A stretch of 64,000 nt of DNA from a virus: the IMG/VR virus record IMGVR_UViG_3300046697_000072; one strand, 5' to 3'. The position numbers and the translations under genes were made by a program. Numbering within the stretch: the first letter of the stretch is position 1; every line of letters starts with the position of its first letter. Shown here in pieces: positions 53,087-62,048 of the stretch. A model generated the notes under the pieces. It worked only from the letters and a program-made list of their open reading frames with translations, searched no databases and was not told the DNA's origin.

Positions 53087-54241
53087 TTATCCTCCTAATT
53101 GATCGTACACCGAGAAATCGGGCCGAGCCTGCATCGCATTGTAGGAACTCACCCCACGAACCTTGTCGATGAAGTTCGAGAGCATCTGCATGTAGCGCCC
53201 CTGGTCCATGTTGATGGCGTCTTCGAGATAATCTTTGTACTGCTGCTCGCAGAAAGCTGCCGCCGATGGGTCGTAAAAAGGATCGACGCGACCTTCTCGG
53301 GGGATTACTCTCGCGAGAAGAGCATCGGCCTGCGCCCCCGCGATGAAGATCTCTTCGTTCAGGAAGTACGGTGACAGGTCGTTGTCGTTCACCAGCCGGG
53401 GCCAGCCGTCTTCGTAGACGAGATTGATGAGCCTGCCTGTCATCTGCTGGGGGTAAAGCTCCCACTGCATGACTCCAGCCGGGTGCGGTGCCATCATGCA
53501 CATCGCCTCCGGGTCACCGGTGTTCGTCCGCTGCGGGTCCCCCATGTTCAGGAAGTCCTGGGTCTGCTCGGTGTTCAGGACATTCCCGGCCAGTGCGTCA
53601 TAGGCGAAGCGCAGGCGCTTGGCCGTAGGGGTGATCTGGCAGTAGGCCGAGTAGATGACGTATGGGTTGCTGGTCACAGCCAGCCCGCCCCATGGCCGGT
53701 CCATAACGGCGCTGGTGGCCGACAGAATCCCGGTGATGGTGAAGATGTAGTCGTTCACGTCCAGTTGCCGGTTAGCAAGGGTGGATGCCTGGACCGTGGC
53801 CCCGGTGTTGTGCTGATACCGGCAGTAGACCGTGAACGTGTCCGGCCCGGTCTTGCGGATCGGCAGGATCTCCATGATCGAGGGGTTCTCCATCTCGATC
53901 ACAACGTAGATCCCCTGCTGAATCTTGTCCATTGAGGCCGGGGATAGCTCCACAAACCCGGTGTCCCTGGAGTCTGAAGTGAGGGTGGTGTTGACCAGAT
54001 CGTTGACCGGCCACGCGGTTGCGACTCCGGTGACAGCCGTTGAGCCTGGGGTGAGGTCCACAGATCCGGTGCTGTAGGCGTCCGGGACCACCAGTGATCC
54101 CATCCGGAGCGTGTCGCTCCAGCGGTACTTCTCCAGAACGGACCTGATCCGGCGATTTATGAATCCGTCGATTTGTGACGGAGGGGCATTGGGCTTCCGG
54201 TCGGCCACCAATCCGCGCATCGTCCAGAGCGATTCCGCCAT
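53087..54241 (-). CDS. Virion structural protein (384 aa)
   Basis: Track ORF. First gene after the promoter at 54259-54287. The N-terminal pattern resembles the two adaptor-like proteins downstream. Confidence 0.65.
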   Translation of the reverse strand: MAESLWTMRGLVADRKPNAPPSQIDGFINRRIRSVLEKYRWSDTLRMGSLVVPDAYSTGSVDLTPGSTAVTGVATAWPVNDLVNTTLTSDSRDTGFVELSPASMDKIQQGIYVVIEMENPSIMEILPIRKTGPDTFTVYCRYQHNTGATVQASTLANRQLDVNDYIFTITGILSATSAVMDRPWGGLAVTSNPYVIYSAYCQITPTAKRLRFAYDALAGNVLNTEQTQDFLNMGDPQRTNTGDPEAMCMMAPHPAGVMQWELYPQQMTGRLINLVYEDGWPRLVNDNDLSPYFLNEEIFIAGAQADALLARVIPREGRVDPFYDPSAAAFCEQQYKDYLEDAINMDQGRYMQMLSNFIDKVRGVSSYNAMQARPDFSVYDQLGG

Positions 54242-54258
54242 ACACTACCCTCACCGGC

Positions 54259-54287
54259 ATCATACGACAACCGGGCAAGGTTTTCAA
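54259..54287 (-). promoter_or_regulatory. Sigma-70-type promoter
   Basis: Minus strand: TTGAAA (54287-54282), 17-nt spacer, TATGAT (54264-54259). ATG 54241. Confidence 0.65.
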
Positions 54288-54314
54288 TAGCTTAGGGCAG
54301 AATCAGATGGGCGC

Positions 54315-54328
54315 GTGCAACGTTGGAC
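54315..54328. repeat. GTSCAACGTTGSAC dyad motif copy
   Basis: GTGCAACGTTGGAC, intergenic. It lies 3 nt below the glycosyltransferase stop and 27 nt upstream of the -35 box. Confidence 0.9.
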
Positions 54329-54331
54329 GGA

Positions 54332-55027
54332 TTACGCTGGGGTGACTGCCACCGTTCCCCCGCTGGGCATGGGCACCGCCACCACCTCGGACGGGTCGAA
54401 CATGTCGTTCGTAACCCCGGTTACCCGGAGGTGCGTGCTGTAGATCTTCGGGGCCACGTAGCAGGCGATCCCCAGTTTCATGCAGCGCTGGAAGAAGCTG
54501 AAGTCCTCACTGAACTTCCCGATGATATCGAACGGCTCCTCGTGAAGTTCGTTCCAGATGCGCTCGAACACCCGCCTGCGGACCAGCAGGCACCCGGCCC
54601 CGGCGCAGTCGATCTTCACCAAGTCGGCGTTCCAGTCCATCTGCGACACGATCATGTAGGCATTGTTCACCCACATATAGGTGGTTGGCAGGAACGGACC
54701 TGCCTTGTACCGATACAACCCTGTGAGCACGTCGAGGTCTTTCTGCTTCATCAGGGAGACCATCCGACAAACAATATCAGGCCCGAATTGGTGGTCGCTG
54801 TCGGTGGTCCAAAGCCAATCACCGAGCATCGTTCGGGCCAGCCCGTTGCGGGCCGTGACGTGGTAGCTGCTGATCGATCTATCCCGGTGAACAAACTCCC
54901 CCGTCTGGCACATGTATTCCTGATTGTAGACTCGCATGTCTGCCCAGGAATCTGTGAACTCGGTTGGTACGGACATCAGCCCGCCTAAATAGGCCACCGT
55001 TCCTATTGGCCTTCGTAGAATCAGCAC
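54332..55027 (-). CDS. GT2-like glycosyltransferase
   Basis: ...WTTDSDHQF...DVLTGLY...IDCAGAGCLLVRRRVFERI...FSEDFSFFQRC... The start position is uncertain. Confidence 0.65.
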   Translation of the reverse strand: MLILRRPIGTVAYLGGLMSVPTEFTDSWADMRVYNQEYMCQTGEFVHRDRSISSYHVTARNGLARTMLGDWLWTTDSDHQFGPDIVCRMVSLMKQKDLDVLTGLYRYKAGPFLPTTYMWVNNAYMIVSQMDWNADLVKIDCAGAGCLLVRRRVFERIWNELHEEPFDIIGKFSEDFSFFQRCMKLGIACYVAPKIYSTHLRVTGVTNDMFDPSEVVAVPMPSGGTVAVTPA

Positions 55028-55704
55028 GCGCGCTCCTTTGCCAAATACTTCTCCGCCGCTTTCAGACCTTCCGGGGTTCCGATGTCCAAGTAGGGTCCGG
55101 AGGACTCAATCGCAATGACTTGACCTCCGGCCTCCACCCAACGGTTAATCACCGTGCCGACGTAAGGCTCTTGCTGCCACATCCTAGAAAGGGTTCTCAA
55201 CTCCAGGCAGGTCATTCGCATCGCGCCCCATACCCATCCCGATGCTGGCTTTGAAGCCTTGACCGCTACCCTTCTGACCATCCCGGCCTCGTCGTATTCC
55301 ACGGAGTCGAAGTTCTCTGGATCGGGAACCTGGAATACAAGTAGGGACATTCTCTGTGGGAGTTTCTGAAAACCGTACTCTGGGAACCAGACCGTATCCG
55401 GCAACCCGATCAACACATCCCCACTTACAAAAGGCTCGCAGATGAAAATGGCGTCTGCCAGACCAATCGGCTCCGGCTGAATCAGGTAGCAGAGTTTAGC
55501 TGACTTGTAGGTAGTGCCGTACTTACGAAGGATGTCGGCCTTCCCCGGTGCGATCACGATGCAGATCTTATCGGCCCCGCCAATCACCATACGGTCCAGC
55601 AAGTACTCGATCACCGGCTTACCGGCAACCGGGATCAGTTCTTTCGAGCACTGCCGGTTCGGAAGCCGGGTGCCTGATCCCGCTGCCGGGACTATTCCCC
55701 ACAT
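55021..55704 (-). CDS. Sugar-phosphate nucleotidyltransferase (RmlA/GalU-like)
   Basis: MWGIVPAAGSGTRL...KELIPVAGKPVIEYLLD.... ATG 55704 lies within track ORF 55021..55737. Confidence 0.75.
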   Translation of the reverse strand: MWGIVPAAGSGTRLPNRQCSKELIPVAGKPVIEYLLDRMVIGGADKICIVIAPGKADILRKYGTTYKSAKLCYLIQPEPIGLADAIFICEPFVSGDVLIGLPDTVWFPEYGFQKLPQRMSLLVFQVPDPENFDSVEYDEAGMVRRVAVKASKPASGWVWGAMRMTCLELRTLSRMWQQEPYVGTVINRWVEAGGQVIAIESSGPYLDIGTPEGLKAAEKYLAKERAC

Positions 55705-56438
55705 ATTGCCTCCCAGTTCACACACGGTGCCAACCACTCCGTCTCACAGTGGGTGGCCAAAGACGGGATCGGACCCCACAGGGTCCGCTGCGGCTTGCAG
55801 CGCGGATACCGTCCAAGGGACTGAAGGTGCATGAACAACTCCCGATCTTGGGGATGAACGGTCCCTAGGTATGCCGAGATCCTGGCGTAGTCCCATCGCA
55901 GTGTTTCCACCCTAGCCGCGAACGTCATGCACGTAGACTCCTGCGTGCGCCAGTGGTGGCTCCCGGAATGAATAATCTGCTCTCCTCCGGGCCGATCAAA
56001 GTCTTGGCCGTTGTACCGGGCTGGGTGATCGTACAACGTTGCATAATCCGGGTGCTTCTCTTCAAAGAACTCCACCAGTTTCACCAGCGCGTCCGGGGTG
56101 TGCAGATAGTCGTCTTCCACGAAGTACACGATGTCATCGTCCGGGAAACCGGAAGTCGTAGCCAGCCGGAGGGCGTGCCGGAATGATGCCGCGTTCCCGA
56201 TGGGACCACCGGATTCGTCCTTCAGAACCTCTACATCAGCGCCCGACCATAATCCACGGAGCCAATCAGGAGGGTGGTTCCCGTCGTATAGAACTCTTAT
56301 TGCAACCGGAGTAGTCATCCGAGATGCTCTCTGGAGCGCTTCCATCAGACTCTTCAGACAGGCTCTTTTGGAGTACCACGCTGGCCGGTGCTTCGCCGGG
56401 TTCTCGGTCATGCACAGACGGTAGTAGATTCTCAGCAT
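55692..56438 (-). CDS. Glycosyltransferase-like protein (DxD: YFVEDDY)
   Basis: ATG 56438 forms an ATGA overlap with the upstream stop (track ORF 55692..56492). Confidence 0.55.
   Translation of the reverse strand: MLRIYYRLCMTENPAKHRPAWYSKRACLKSLMEALQRASRMTTPVAIRVLYDGNHPPDWLRGLWSGADVEVLKDESGGPIGNAASFRHALRLATTSGFPDDDIVYFVEDDYLHTPDALVKLVEFFEEKHPDYATLYDHPARYNGQDFDRPGGEQIIHSGSHHWRTQESTCMTFAARVETLRWDYARISAYLGTVHPQDRELFMHLQSLGRYPRCKPQRTLWGPIPSLATHCETEWLAPCVNWEAICGE
56031..56044. repeat. GTSCAACGTTGSAC dyad motif, near copy
   Basis: GTACAACGTTGCAT. The core is exact and two flank positions are off consensus. Confidence 0.65.
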
Positions 56439-57106
56439 CAGAGCACCAGCTTCAACCCGGCATCGAACGCCCGTAGCCTGTCTTCGCTCCACTGGGGGTC
56501 ATGTTGGTGGCGGAACGGGTGGCTTACGAATAGGTCATGGTTCAGGCCCATAGCCGGGTTGTTTCTCAGGTTCCAGAACAGCCAGCCTGCTTTCATGGCT
56601 CGATACCCTAAGTTCGAATTGTCGTTGCCCCATTTTTGGTCCTGGTATTCATCGAAGCCGCCAAGATCTTTGAGAGCCTGAAGAGGCGCTGCGGCCCAGT
56701 CGCATTCCCAGTGCCGCCAGTCGATCATCCCGCCCCATGCCGACCGCCACTCTTCCACCACAGAGCCGCTCCACCTCACCTGTTTCCCGAGGTCATTGTA
56801 GGATTGAGCCTTCGGAACCGGGGCCGTGAAGAAATATCTGGGGCTGGACCTGTAGGCATCCCAAAACTTCTGGAGTCCTTCCGGGGGGAACCAACACCAA
56901 TCTTCCACTATGACTACCAGTTCTCCCCGCGCTCGGCGAAGCATGGAGTTGAACGCCTTATTTAATGCGTGAACTCTCCCGTCCCCATATTCTATTAACC
57001 ACTCAAATGATTGGAACGATTGGTCCTTCAAGGACTGTTCTATGGGGCGCAATGCGTTCAAACCCCTGATGGTTGGGCTTAGAACGCTAATCTTGGGGGT
57101 TTCCAT
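56438..57106 (-). CDS. GT2-like glycosyltransferase (222 aa)
   Basis: N-terminal ISVLSPTIRG...QSFQSFEWLI...ELVVIVEDWCWF. Confidence 0.6.
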   Translation of the reverse strand: METPKISVLSPTIRGLNALRPIEQSLKDQSFQSFEWLIEYGDGRVHALNKAFNSMLRRARGELVVIVEDWCWFPPEGLQKFWDAYRSSPRYFFTAPVPKAQSYNDLGKQVRWSGSVVEEWRSAWGGMIDWRHWECDWAAAPLQALKDLGGFDEYQDQKWGNDNSNLGYRAMKAGWLFWNLRNNPAMGLNHDLFVSHPFRHQHDPQWSEDRLRAFDAGLKLVL

Positions 57107-57956
57107 AATTGTTCACCAAATCTACAGCGAGGTCATGCTTTCTTTGTAAAAACTGCCCCCCATTACAATACAACTCTGAGAGTACCCTTTGCGCAATCCT
57201 GTCAGAAACACCGAACCAATATATGTTCCTGCTAGGGCACACTTTAGCCCGACATGAGGGGACCAGATTTTTGACGAAAGCAGAGAACTGATCGAGCAGA
57301 GGTTTCGACCCGACAAGGGTCATTCGCGGGTAGCGCTTGTTCCTTTTTTGGTGAGTTGAAACGCACCCATCCCCGTCAATCACTCCTCTCCAGAAATCTC
57401 GACTTCGATCTATCCCTAATAATGCTTTAGCTGAGAAAGTTTTCCGGGGGACCACGCCGAACTTCGCCAGCGCTCCGACTAATCTGTCTGACCTAACAGA
57501 GAATCTGACCGCTCTCAATGTGGGAACAAGAGTAATCGCATGGGAAGAACCGAGAAAGTCTCGGAACTTCTCTACATGAAGATGATCTTTTTGACCTAGA
57601 ACAAGGGCTACCGTCGGGGCGCTTCCGGGCCACCTGGAGTCCTCTACTATAGCCCCATCAGCCATCAGAAAACCAACCCAATACAGAGACTCTTCCGTAG
57701 GCTCGTCAAACTTAGATTCGTCTACCGGAAGCCGGAGTAATGCGCCCGCCTCCTTAGCGCCTCTTTGTCTTATCCCATTTCTCCTCAGCAGCATCCAGAC
57801 AGCCTGTGGCGATGCCTCATATTCGGATGCAAGCGCCACGGTTGTCCTGCCATTCAGGTATCCCGAGCATATTAAAGATGTTTTCCGTTCGTCAAACTTT
57901 CTCCGAAATCCTTTACGGAATCTATCAGCGATACAAAAACAACTCCCCTTTATCAC
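57087..57956 (-). mobile_element. LAGLIDADG homing endonuclease (two-motif)
   Basis: LYWVGFLMADGAI and FWRGVIDGDGCV motifs. N-terminal HTH-like region. GTGA overlap with the upstream HTH gene. Confidence 0.8.
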
Positions 57957-58195
57957 GGCTTCACCTTCTTCAGCCGCTCAACGAACTCCGGGCTGATGGT
58001 GCGGCGACCATGGCGGATGTCGCAGATGTAGGTTGGGGTGAACTTTAGTCGGCGGGCCAGATCATTGGCCGCACCAAGATTTTCATCGAGGTACTGGTTG
58101 ATAGCCATACGGAGGGCATCTTCTCTTCCAGACACCTGCTCCCGCCCGTCTTCAAGGAATTCGGCACATTCGATGAGCCACTGTAGGTCTGCCAT
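57953..58195 (-). CDS. Small HTH DNA-binding protein (80 aa)
   Basis: ...GAANDLARRLKFTPTYICDIRHGRRTIS... (XRE/Cro-like HTH). Has its own promoter and is translationally coupled to the LAGLIDADG gene. Confidence 0.6.
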   Translation of the reverse strand: MADLQWLIECAEFLEDGREQVSGREDALRMAINQYLDENLGAANDLARRLKFTPTYICDIRHGRRTISPEFVERLKKVKP

Positions 58196-58201
58196 ATTTC
58201 C

Positions 58202-58230
58202 ACTATACGCCTATGCGCTTACAGTGTCAA
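58202..58230 (-). promoter_or_regulatory. Sigma-70-type promoter giving a leaderless or near-leaderless mRNA
   Basis: Minus strand: TTGACA (58230-58225), 17-nt spacer, TATAGT (58207-58202). Only 6 nt separate it from ATG 58195. Confidence 0.65.
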
Positions 58231-58232
58231 GG

Positions 58233-60473
58233 CTAGAGCAGCCAGCCTCCAACCGGCTCCGCCTCGGGGTGCATGGACTTGAAAATCTCCCGGTTGTGAA
58301 TCAGCTTGGCTTCCGCCTCCTCCGTCGATTGGTAGGCTTTGAGGGTCTGGGACTCCCAGTGCCGGGCGGCTATCGGGATGATCTTGGTCTTGAACCCTGC
58401 GCTTCGGACCCGATGAAGAAAATCATCATCATCGTATCCCCACCCGTCCGCGAATACCTCATCGATCCCCCCCACCTTCTCATACACGCTCCGGGGGATA
58501 CAGACCATCGAGAACTCCAGATCCAGTTCCCCGGTCAAGGTGAATGGTCTTCCGGCCCAAGCCGTCACGGTGTCAGGAACAGCCAGCTTGTCCATCCAGA
58601 ACGGATCTTGGATCAGGATGTCGTTGGCAACCACGTAGATCCAGTCCCCGTGGGCCTGGGAAAGCCCCTGGTTCATCGCCTTGGACCAGCCCTTGACGTT
58701 GACCACCGGGATGAACTCGGCACCGCCTACGGTCTTAATGAGGGATTCCCTGACCTTCAGGCGCATCTCCTGCATCTTGTTCTCGGGGTCGTAGTCCAGG
58801 AAGACAACGGACCTTGCTGGCTTCACCGGCTTCGTGTCCTGGATTATCTCCGGGGCATCTTCTCTTGGGACGGACACCACCCCTTCCCCCATGATGTTGT
58901 CGAACCCATAGTCGATGGGATACCGGACGATGGCCTTAAGACCGGCCTGCTCCAGCCATGAGTCGATCACTTCCGGTGGGCAGGCGTGGTGGTGTCCGTA
59001 CCGGGTTGGACCGGTGGCTCCCACCGAGCGACGGTCATCCGGCACCGTGAAGATGATCCGACCACCGGGGGCCAAACACTCTTTGAACTTCCGGAGTTGA
59101 TCCGGGACATCTTCGGTGGCGTAGTGCTCCAGCATGTCACTCGCAACCACGGTATCCCAGATGTGCGGCTGAAAAGGCTGGGGCAACTGCCGGGCATCTG
59201 CCAAGACATTCACGGCGTTGGGCTTCTTCAGGTGAGCGTCTTCTTCGTACAGATCGATGTTGACGGCTCCCATTTCCCGGAGTTTCCCCCCGTCATCGCA
59301 GCAGCCTACGTTCAAAACTCTGCCGGGGAACATCTTGCAGTGCTTCAGGACGAACGCGAACTGGGCGGAGATATTGCGACCGGGCTGATCGGCATACCCG
59401 TGCATCCCGGCTTCAAGAACATCCACGAACCGCTCCCAGTTGAAAAGCGCCCGCGCATAAGGGACCATCTCTGCTCGGATCTTCTCTTGCAGTGCAACGT
59501 TGGACATCAGGCGGTAAATCTCCCCGATGAACCGGGCTTGGGTGAGCGGGTCATTCGGATCGCCGTAAATCCAGATTCCGTGCTGGCAGTAGTCCCCCGC
59601 CGCCCAGGTCGGGCAGATAATCGGGATGGCTCCCATCGCCATCTCTTGGAGTCCACTTATGAATCCAGTTTCCTGAAATTGTGTTGCGTGAACGCTCAAC
59701 CCGCACTGCATGATCTGGCGGTACTGCTCCGGCTGTCCGATGCGCCCGAGCCATGTGACTCCTGGCTGGTTCGACAACTTCTCTATCTCTTCAGCGAGCT
59801 TCCTCCAATGAGATGTAGGAGGGTTGCTCGCTATGATTTTTTTTATGTTATCGACACCGTAACACGCGAAAAGCTCGGCGTCGTGAACCCACTCTCGTAC
59901 ACGCGGCCAGATCTTGAGCAGCGGAATCAATCCCCGGTCGGGGCTGGAACCGAAGAATACCCGGCGTGGGTTGCGCTCCGGTATGCCTTCGGCCTCAATC
60001 CGGCGGATCAGATCAGACCGGATGCCGTTGAATCCCTGCCGGACTTTATGCGCGTACTTCGAGTACTTGGACTGGGTGTATCGCAGATGCGTGGGGCAGA
60101 GCGCGATGAAGTGATCCAGCTTCTCCCACCGCTCATCAGTCCAGTTCCCGTAGTCAACATCTTGGCTCGTTAGGCCGATAATTTGACCCGGATGGTCAAC
60201 CAAAAAATGATCTAGCTCGGCGGGCTGTCTCGAAATCAGCCACAGCCCTTTACGAGAATAATCCGCCTGTTCTAATGGAAGCCACCGGGTTCCTTTCCAT
60301 TCGGACTCGCACCCTTTCGGTACAGGAGCATACACAACTACGTCATGCCCTCTCTTAGCCATTCGCCACGCTGTTTCGACTACGGCGGTTTCTGACCCTC
60401 CAATTCCTGGATTGTCCGGGCTTAGATATGACCATTCCTCGAAATGCACGGGGCTAATAATAGTTACGTTCAT
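58233..60473 (-). CDS. Tri-domain GT4-like glycosyltransferase / SAM methyltransferase / GT2-like glycosyltransferase (746 aa)
   Basis: N-terminal MNVTIISPVHFE...GIGGSETAVVE (GT4). Middle VLNVGCCDDG...ASDMLEH...LAPGGRIIFTVPDD (class I methyltransferase). C-terminal ...GLSQAHGDWIYVVANDILI... (GT2). Confidence 0.75.
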   Translation of the reverse strand: MNVTIISPVHFEEWSYLSPDNPGIGGSETAVVETAWRMAKRGHDVVVYAPVPKGCESEWKGTRWLPLEQADYSRKGLWLISRQPAELDHFLVDHPGQIIGLTSQDVDYGNWTDERWEKLDHFIALCPTHLRYTQSKYSKYAHKVRQGFNGIRSDLIRRIEAEGIPERNPRRVFFGSSPDRGLIPLLKIWPRVREWVHDAELFACYGVDNIKKIIASNPPTSHWRKLAEEIEKLSNQPGVTWLGRIGQPEQYRQIMQCGLSVHATQFQETGFISGLQEMAMGAIPIICPTWAAGDYCQHGIWIYGDPNDPLTQARFIGEIYRLMSNVALQEKIRAEMVPYARALFNWERFVDVLEAGMHGYADQPGRNISAQFAFVLKHCKMFPGRVLNVGCCDDGGKLREMGAVNIDLYEEDAHLKKPNAVNVLADARQLPQPFQPHIWDTVVASDMLEHYATEDVPDQLRKFKECLAPGGRIIFTVPDDRRSVGATGPTRYGHHHACPPEVIDSWLEQAGLKAIVRYPIDYGFDNIMGEGVVSVPREDAPEIIQDTKPVKPARSVVFLDYDPENKMQEMRLKVRESLIKTVGGAEFIPVVNVKGWSKAMNQGLSQAHGDWIYVVANDILIQDPFWMDKLAVPDTVTAWAGRPFTLTGELDLEFSMVCIPRSVYEKVGGIDEVFADGWGYDDDDFLHRVRSAGFKTKIIPIAARHWESQTLKAYQSTEEAEAKLIHNREIFKSMHPEAEPVGGWLL
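59492..59505. repeat. GTSCAACGTTGSAC dyad motif copy
   Basis: GTGCAACGTTGGAC inside the fusion gene. On the coding strand it reads ATG TCC AAC GTT GCA CTG (LMSNVALQ). Confidence 0.9.
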
Positions 60474-60488
60474 GCGTCCTGAATCTCC

Positions 60489-60517
60489 TTGACATACTGT
60501 TTGGTGTCAGGTAAACT
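60489..60517 (+). promoter_or_regulatory. Sigma-70-type promoter for the opposite-strand endonuclease-like gene
   Basis: TTGACA (60489-60494), 17-nt spacer, TAAACT (60512-60517). ATG 60528. Confidence 0.55.
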
Positions 60518-60527
60518 AGATCTTGTC

Positions 60528-61292
60528 ATGTTCATAGTGAACGTTAAACCTGGATGGAAGTTCGGGAAGTGGACTATACTCGAAGAACTTCAGCGGAGCG
60601 GGTATGAGCGAAGGTTCCTTTGCCGCTGTGACTGCGGTAACGTGAAGCCGGTATTTTGGGGGAATCTCACGGAAAGTAAAAGCAATGGATGTCACAAATG
60701 CCCCCGCCTGAACCGCCGCCTCTATGATCGCCCTGCCCGGATTACTCCCGAATGGCAGCGGTGGAGCGGAATGAAGAATCGCTGCCTCAACTCCAAGAAC
60801 CCATCGTATCCTAGATACGGCGGTAGGGGGATTACAGTTTGTGATCGATGGAGTGGAAAAGATGGATTCATTAACTTCCTGGAGGACATGGGGCCGCTTC
60901 CGACTCCGAAACACACCATCGAGCGCCAGAACAGTAACGGCCCTTACTCTCCTGAAAATTGCGTATGGGATACGGCCCTGCGCCAAGGTAGAAATAGAAG
61001 TATCGTGATCAAGGTGAACTTCGAGGGGCAGGTGTGGACACTCCCTGATTTGGCTAACGCTCACGGCTTGTCCCGTAACTTGCTCTACAGCAGGATCAAA
61101 TGTCCGGGATGGGATCTTCACCGTGCCTTGACCCAACCGGTGCGCGTAAATACCAACGGCTCGTTTTCCCTTGTCCCTATAAAACGAATCCCCTCTTCTG
61201 GTCCGATCTTCCAGCGATCCACGCCAACGCTTATTCCAGGGATAAAGCCACGGGACGTTCGATCTTTTCGCGGCGCGACGCCTACCCCCTAA
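60528..61292 (+). mobile_element. Free-standing phage endonuclease-like gene (HNH-associated W..M..RC...YGGRGI.VC..W family), opposite strand
   Basis: ...WQRWSGMKNRCLNSKNPSYPRYGGRGITVCDRWSGKDGFINFLEDMGP...NSNGPYSPENCVW.... Track ORF 60489..61292. Antisense ORF 60516..61412 rejected. Confidence 0.6.
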
Positions 61293-61342
61293 ATCGAAGT
61301 TAACGGGCGAATGAAGCGTTACCTGCATGTTTCGATGTCTCC

Positions 61343-61579
61343 CTAAACTTCCCAGAACTCTTCCAACTGATCGGCGGTCGGCTCGGTAGCCCCGGCGAAC
61401 TCTTTCAGCCATTCCGGGAAGGTGTAGAACTTACTCCCTTTCGGAGCAAGATGATATCCCTGAAGCCACCTGTCGTATTCACCGCAGAACGATTGGACCC
61501 TCTTGCCCTCTGGAAGAATAACGAAATGAACGGAGGCGTCAGCCCAGTCTCCGCCGCCCATGATCGCTGTGATCTTCAT
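61343..61579 (-). CDS. Hypothetical protein (78 aa)
   Basis: GGGAGA SD before ATG 61579 (MKITAIMGGG...) within track ORF 61343..61678. Confidence 0.55.
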   Translation of the reverse strand: MKITAIMGGGDWADASVHFVILPEGKRVQSFCGEYDRWLQGYHLAPKGSKFYTFPEWLKEFAGATEPTADQLEEFWEV

Positions 61580-61596
61580 CGGTGTCTCCCTGTGGT

Positions 61597-62004
61597 CTAC
61601 GCCTGGTGCGTGCCTTCGACGCCGCGCTTGATCCGCTCGCGGGTGCGCCTTTGGAGGCGCATCAGGGCCATCTCGCAATGCTCCTGCGCAATTGCGTTGT
61701 CCTCACACGCGAACGGCCCCGCCTGAAAACTCCGCAGCCGGTCGATCACGATAGCGAGCAACGCCTCTTGCGTGATTCCGTTAACGCCGAACTCTTTGAT
61801 GGGGCCGTTCTGAAAGACGATTGTGGTCTTGAACTGAGCATCATATTGCTCATTTGGGAGCCTTGACTGATTAGATGCCAGATCAAATCCGGCGATCTCG
61901 TACCTGTGGTTTGCTCCCCCCTTCCCCGGCTCATCCGTGACTTCGATGGTGAGTTGGTGGTTCGCTGAGTCTCCCTCAACGATGTGGTCGGTGATTGTTC
62001 TCAT
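61597..62004 (-). CDS. Conserved phage protein of unknown function (135 aa)
   Basis: The C-terminal pattern FQNGPIKEFGVNGITQEALLAIVIDRLRSFQAGPFACEDN...RTRERIKRGVEGT recurs in many phages, as far as I remember. AGGAG SD. Confidence 0.65.
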   Translation of the reverse strand: MRTITDHIVEGDSANHQLTIEVTDEPGKGGANHRYEIAGFDLASNQSRLPNEQYDAQFKTTIVFQNGPIKEFGVNGITQEALLAIVIDRLRSFQAGPFACEDNAIAQEHCEMALMRLQRRTRERIKRGVEGTHQA

Positions 62005-62018
62005 GTCGGTGTGCTCCT

Positions 62019-62032
62019 GTGCAACGTTGAAC
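62019..62032. repeat. GTSCAACGTTGSAC dyad motif copy
   Basis: GTGCAACGTTGAAC sits between the -10 box (62049-62054) and the AGGAG SD / ATG 62004 of the minus-strand gene. Confidence 0.85.
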
Positions 62033-62048
62033 TTCGGCTTCGATTCTG

